DNA of 64,000 bases from the sequence record SRR31156797_4473; one strand, given 5' to 3'. This document shows, one piece after another, positions 61,790 to 64,000 of this stretch (positions within the stretch are counted from its first letter, which is position 1; every line of letters begins with the position of its first letter). Below the pieces are notes generated by a model. It was not told where the DNA came from, did no database searches, and worked only from the letters and a program-made list of their open reading frames with translations. A program made the translations under genes and the position numbers.

Positions 61790-62623
61790 TCAAAGTTCCG
61801 TCATAAAAGAAACCAGCAACGCACATAACCGCGGGCCTGCCTCTTCAGCAGCCGTTACGATATCATCAAGCAGTATCGGTTGGAAATTGTCAGGGTCATT
61901 CACATTGGCAACCACAGAAAGCCCTAAAACCTGCATCCCTGCGTGGAGGGCTACTATCACCTCAGGCACAGAGGACATACCAACCGCATCGGCACCTATC
62001 ATCTTCAGATAACGAGTTTCAGCAGGAGTCTCTAGACTGGGACCTGGAATACAGACATAGGTTCCGGTACAAACATCGACAACCCCTGCTGCAGCTGCAG
62101 CAGCAAGCGCTTTTTTTTGTATAGCAGGGTCGTAAGGACAGGAGAGATCAGGAAACCGTTCTCCCCATGCATCAATATTTGGGCCACGCAGTGGATTCTC
62201 AGGGAGCAGATTTATATGGTCAGCCATGACCATAATCGTACCTGGCTTAAATGTGGACTTCAATCCTCCGCTGGCGTTTGTAACCAGAGCCATACGGGCG
62301 CCAAGCTGGGAAAGCACACGAATTGGAAAGGTCACCTCTTTGGTTGAATACCCTTCATAGTAATGGAATCGTCCCTGGAGCACTGCAACTTCCCGCCCAG
62401 CAAGCCGGCCACAGATTAAATTACCTGCGTGGGTGGCAACAGTGGAGCGTGGGAAATGGGGGAGCTCTTCATAGGGGAAACTGACAACATCTTCCATTTC
62501 CAGTGCCAATCCACTCAAACCTGTGCCCAACTGGATAATAATTTCCGGAATTCGCGGCAGCTTGGGACGAAGAAAAGCAACTGTTTCTTCTACCTGTTCC
62601 CGATAAAGATCCATATCAATCAT
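61790..62623 (-). CDS. punA: Purine-nucleoside phosphorylase (trimeric, PNP I type)
   Basis: LGTGL, QGRFHYYEG, TNASGG, GPSLETPAE, GADAVGMS, VAN. Confidence 0.93.
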   Translation of the reverse strand: MIDMDLYREQVEETVAFLRPKLPRIPEIIIQLGTGLSGLALEMEDVVSFPYEELPHFPRSTVATHAGNLICGRLAGREVAVLQGRFHYYEGYSTKEVTFPIRVLSQLGARMALVTNASGGLKSTFKPGTIMVMADHINLLPENPLRGPNIDAWGERFPDLSCPYDPAIQKKALAAAAAAGVVDVCTGTYVCIPGPSLETPAETRYLKMIGADAVGMSSVPEVIVALHAGMQVLGLSVVANVNDPDNFQPILLDDIVTAAEEAGPRLCALLVSFMTEL

Positions 62624-64000
62624 TGGAGTCCATTCTGCTTGATATATGAGCGGACAACCTCCGGATCAGCATCAATTAGCTCACAACGGCTCTCTTTACC
62701 GGCTAGTGCAGCAAGCGCTGGCGGCAGTTTCGGTTCTTCGCCAATGGCCTCCCTGACAGCAGCCCCGAATTTTGCAGGGTGAGCAGTGGCAAGGCAGACG
62801 ACAGGTCGCTTATTATCTGCACACTCCAGTGCGGCCTTTACGCCTACAGCCGTATGCGGGTCAAGGAGGTACTTTTCCTGATTATGAAAATCCCTGATCG
62901 TATCCAACGTCTCTTTCTCGGAAACAGAACGGGAGAGAAAATCCTGGCTCACCTGACTCTTCAACCCACTTAAATCCAGGGTACCCGTATTGGTAAAGTC
63001 GGCCATATCCTGCTTTACCTGATGCCCATCCTCACCTCTTAAATAGTAGAGGTACCGTTCAAAGTTAGATGCTATCTGAATATCCATAGAGGGACTGCTG
63101 GTGGCCACAACACTTCCTTTCGAATAATCCCCCTCTGTAACAAACCGAGTTAAAAGATTATTCTCATTGGTGGCAAGGATAAGTGAATTAATGCACCCAT
63201 TGGGCAGCAACCGCTTAGCCACATAACCAGCAAAAATATCACCGAAGTTCCCAGTGGGGACAGAAAAATCAACACTGGTTTCCCCGCGCTTAAATAATTT
63301 CAAAAAAGCGTAGATGTAGTAGACCACTTGAGCGAGCACCCTCGCCCAGTTAATGGAATTAATGGCTCCAAGATGATAGGCATCTTTAAAGGCAAGGTCA
63401 TTAAAAAGGGATTTTACCATGGCCTGAGCATCATCGAAGGTACCACGAACAGCCATGTTAAAAACATTGGGATCAAGTACGGTGGTCATCTGCAGAGCCT
63501 GAATAGGACTTGTTCGCTCATGGGGATGAAGAATAAAAATATTGATCCCCTTTTTTCCGCGAACACCAGCAATGGCTGCACTGCCTGTATCTCCCGAGGT
63601 GGCACCCAGAATATTCATATGCCCATCGATGCGTCCAAGCTGATATTCAAACAGGTTACCCAGCAGTTGCAGGGCCACATCTTTAAAGGCAAGGGTAGGT
63701 CCATGAAACAGTTCCAGGATATACAAACCGCCACGCTGGGTGACCGGTGTAACCTGCGGGTGCGAAAAAGCAGCATACGAACGATCCACCATCTCTTCCA
63801 ATTCCAGCTTGGGAATGTCGTCAATAAAAAGTGACAAAACCTCAACCGCAAGCTGCTGATAGGTTAGATTCTGCCACTGCGCCAGTTTCTCCTCTGCTAC
63901 TGTGGGTAAAAACTGGGGCAGCAGAAGGCCGCCATCTCTGGCAAGCCCCATCATAACTGCCTCCCGAAACCCAATCGGATCAACCTCGCCTCGTGTACTT
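62620..64000 (-). CDS. thrC: Threonine synthase (5' end lies beyond the window)
   Basis: ELFHGPTLAFKD, ATSGDTG, NSINWAR, PTGNFG, TAHPAKF. The frame continues to the window end as STRGEVDPIGFREAV. Confidence 0.96.
   Translation of the reverse strand, partial: STRGEVDPIGFREAVMMGLARDGGLLLPQFLPTVAEEKLAQWQNLTYQQLAVEVLSLFIDDIPKLELEEMVDRSYAAFSHPQVTPVTQRGGLYILELFHGPTLAFKDVALQLLGNLFEYQLGRIDGHMNILGATSGDTGSAAIAGVRGKKGINIFILHPHERTSPIQALQMTTVLDPNVFNMAVRGTFDDAQAMVKSLFNDLAFKDAYHLGAINSINWARVLAQVVYYIYAFLKLFKRGETSVDFSVPTGNFGDIFAGYVAKRLLPNGCINSLILATNENNLLTRFVTEGDYSKGSVVATSSPSMDIQIASNFERYLYYLRGEDGHQVKQDMADFTNTGTLDLSGLKSQVSQDFLSRSVSEKETLDTIRDFHNQEKYLLDPHTAVGVKAALECADNKRPVVCLATAHPAKFGAAVREAIGEEPKLPPALAALAGKESRCELIDADPEVVRSYIKQNGLQ

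Overview
A gene-dense, mostly housekeeping chromosomal segment from a Gram-negative bacterium. Gene content and order (split three-gene glutamate synthase, DUF362, M1-ChaN-PDZ fusion, HEAT-cNMP-PilZ protein, lysS-lolC/E-lolD) suggest a sulfate-reducing Desulfobacterota, probably Desulfobulbales; this is inference, not a search result. About 44 CDS are supported, including trmFO, ahcY, metK, fabL-like, serA, folP, ftsH, carAB, waaA, trpS, dnaK, grpE, rlmD-like, lysS, lolCD, asd, a divergent prs, leuB, rsmG, hisD, mutL, a class A PBP, split gltB/gltD, two tatA, mtaD, punA and a partial thrC, plus several signalling proteins. I found no rRNA, tRNA, CRISPR array, transposase, integrase or prophage. 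The most notable items are: (1) a chromosomal Twinkle/T7 gp4-like Zn-finger-TOPRIM-SF4 helicase whose primase acidic residues appear lost, with no phage context; (2) four degenerate copies of a 125-175 bp intergenic hairpin repeat with GTAACTATTCAGC-like ends and compensatory stem changes, two of which bracket a small unknown gene in inverted orientation; (3) a HEAT-cNMP-PilZ fusion; (4) a divergent Prs paralogue between leuB and asd. All calls come from motif reading and manual alignment only.
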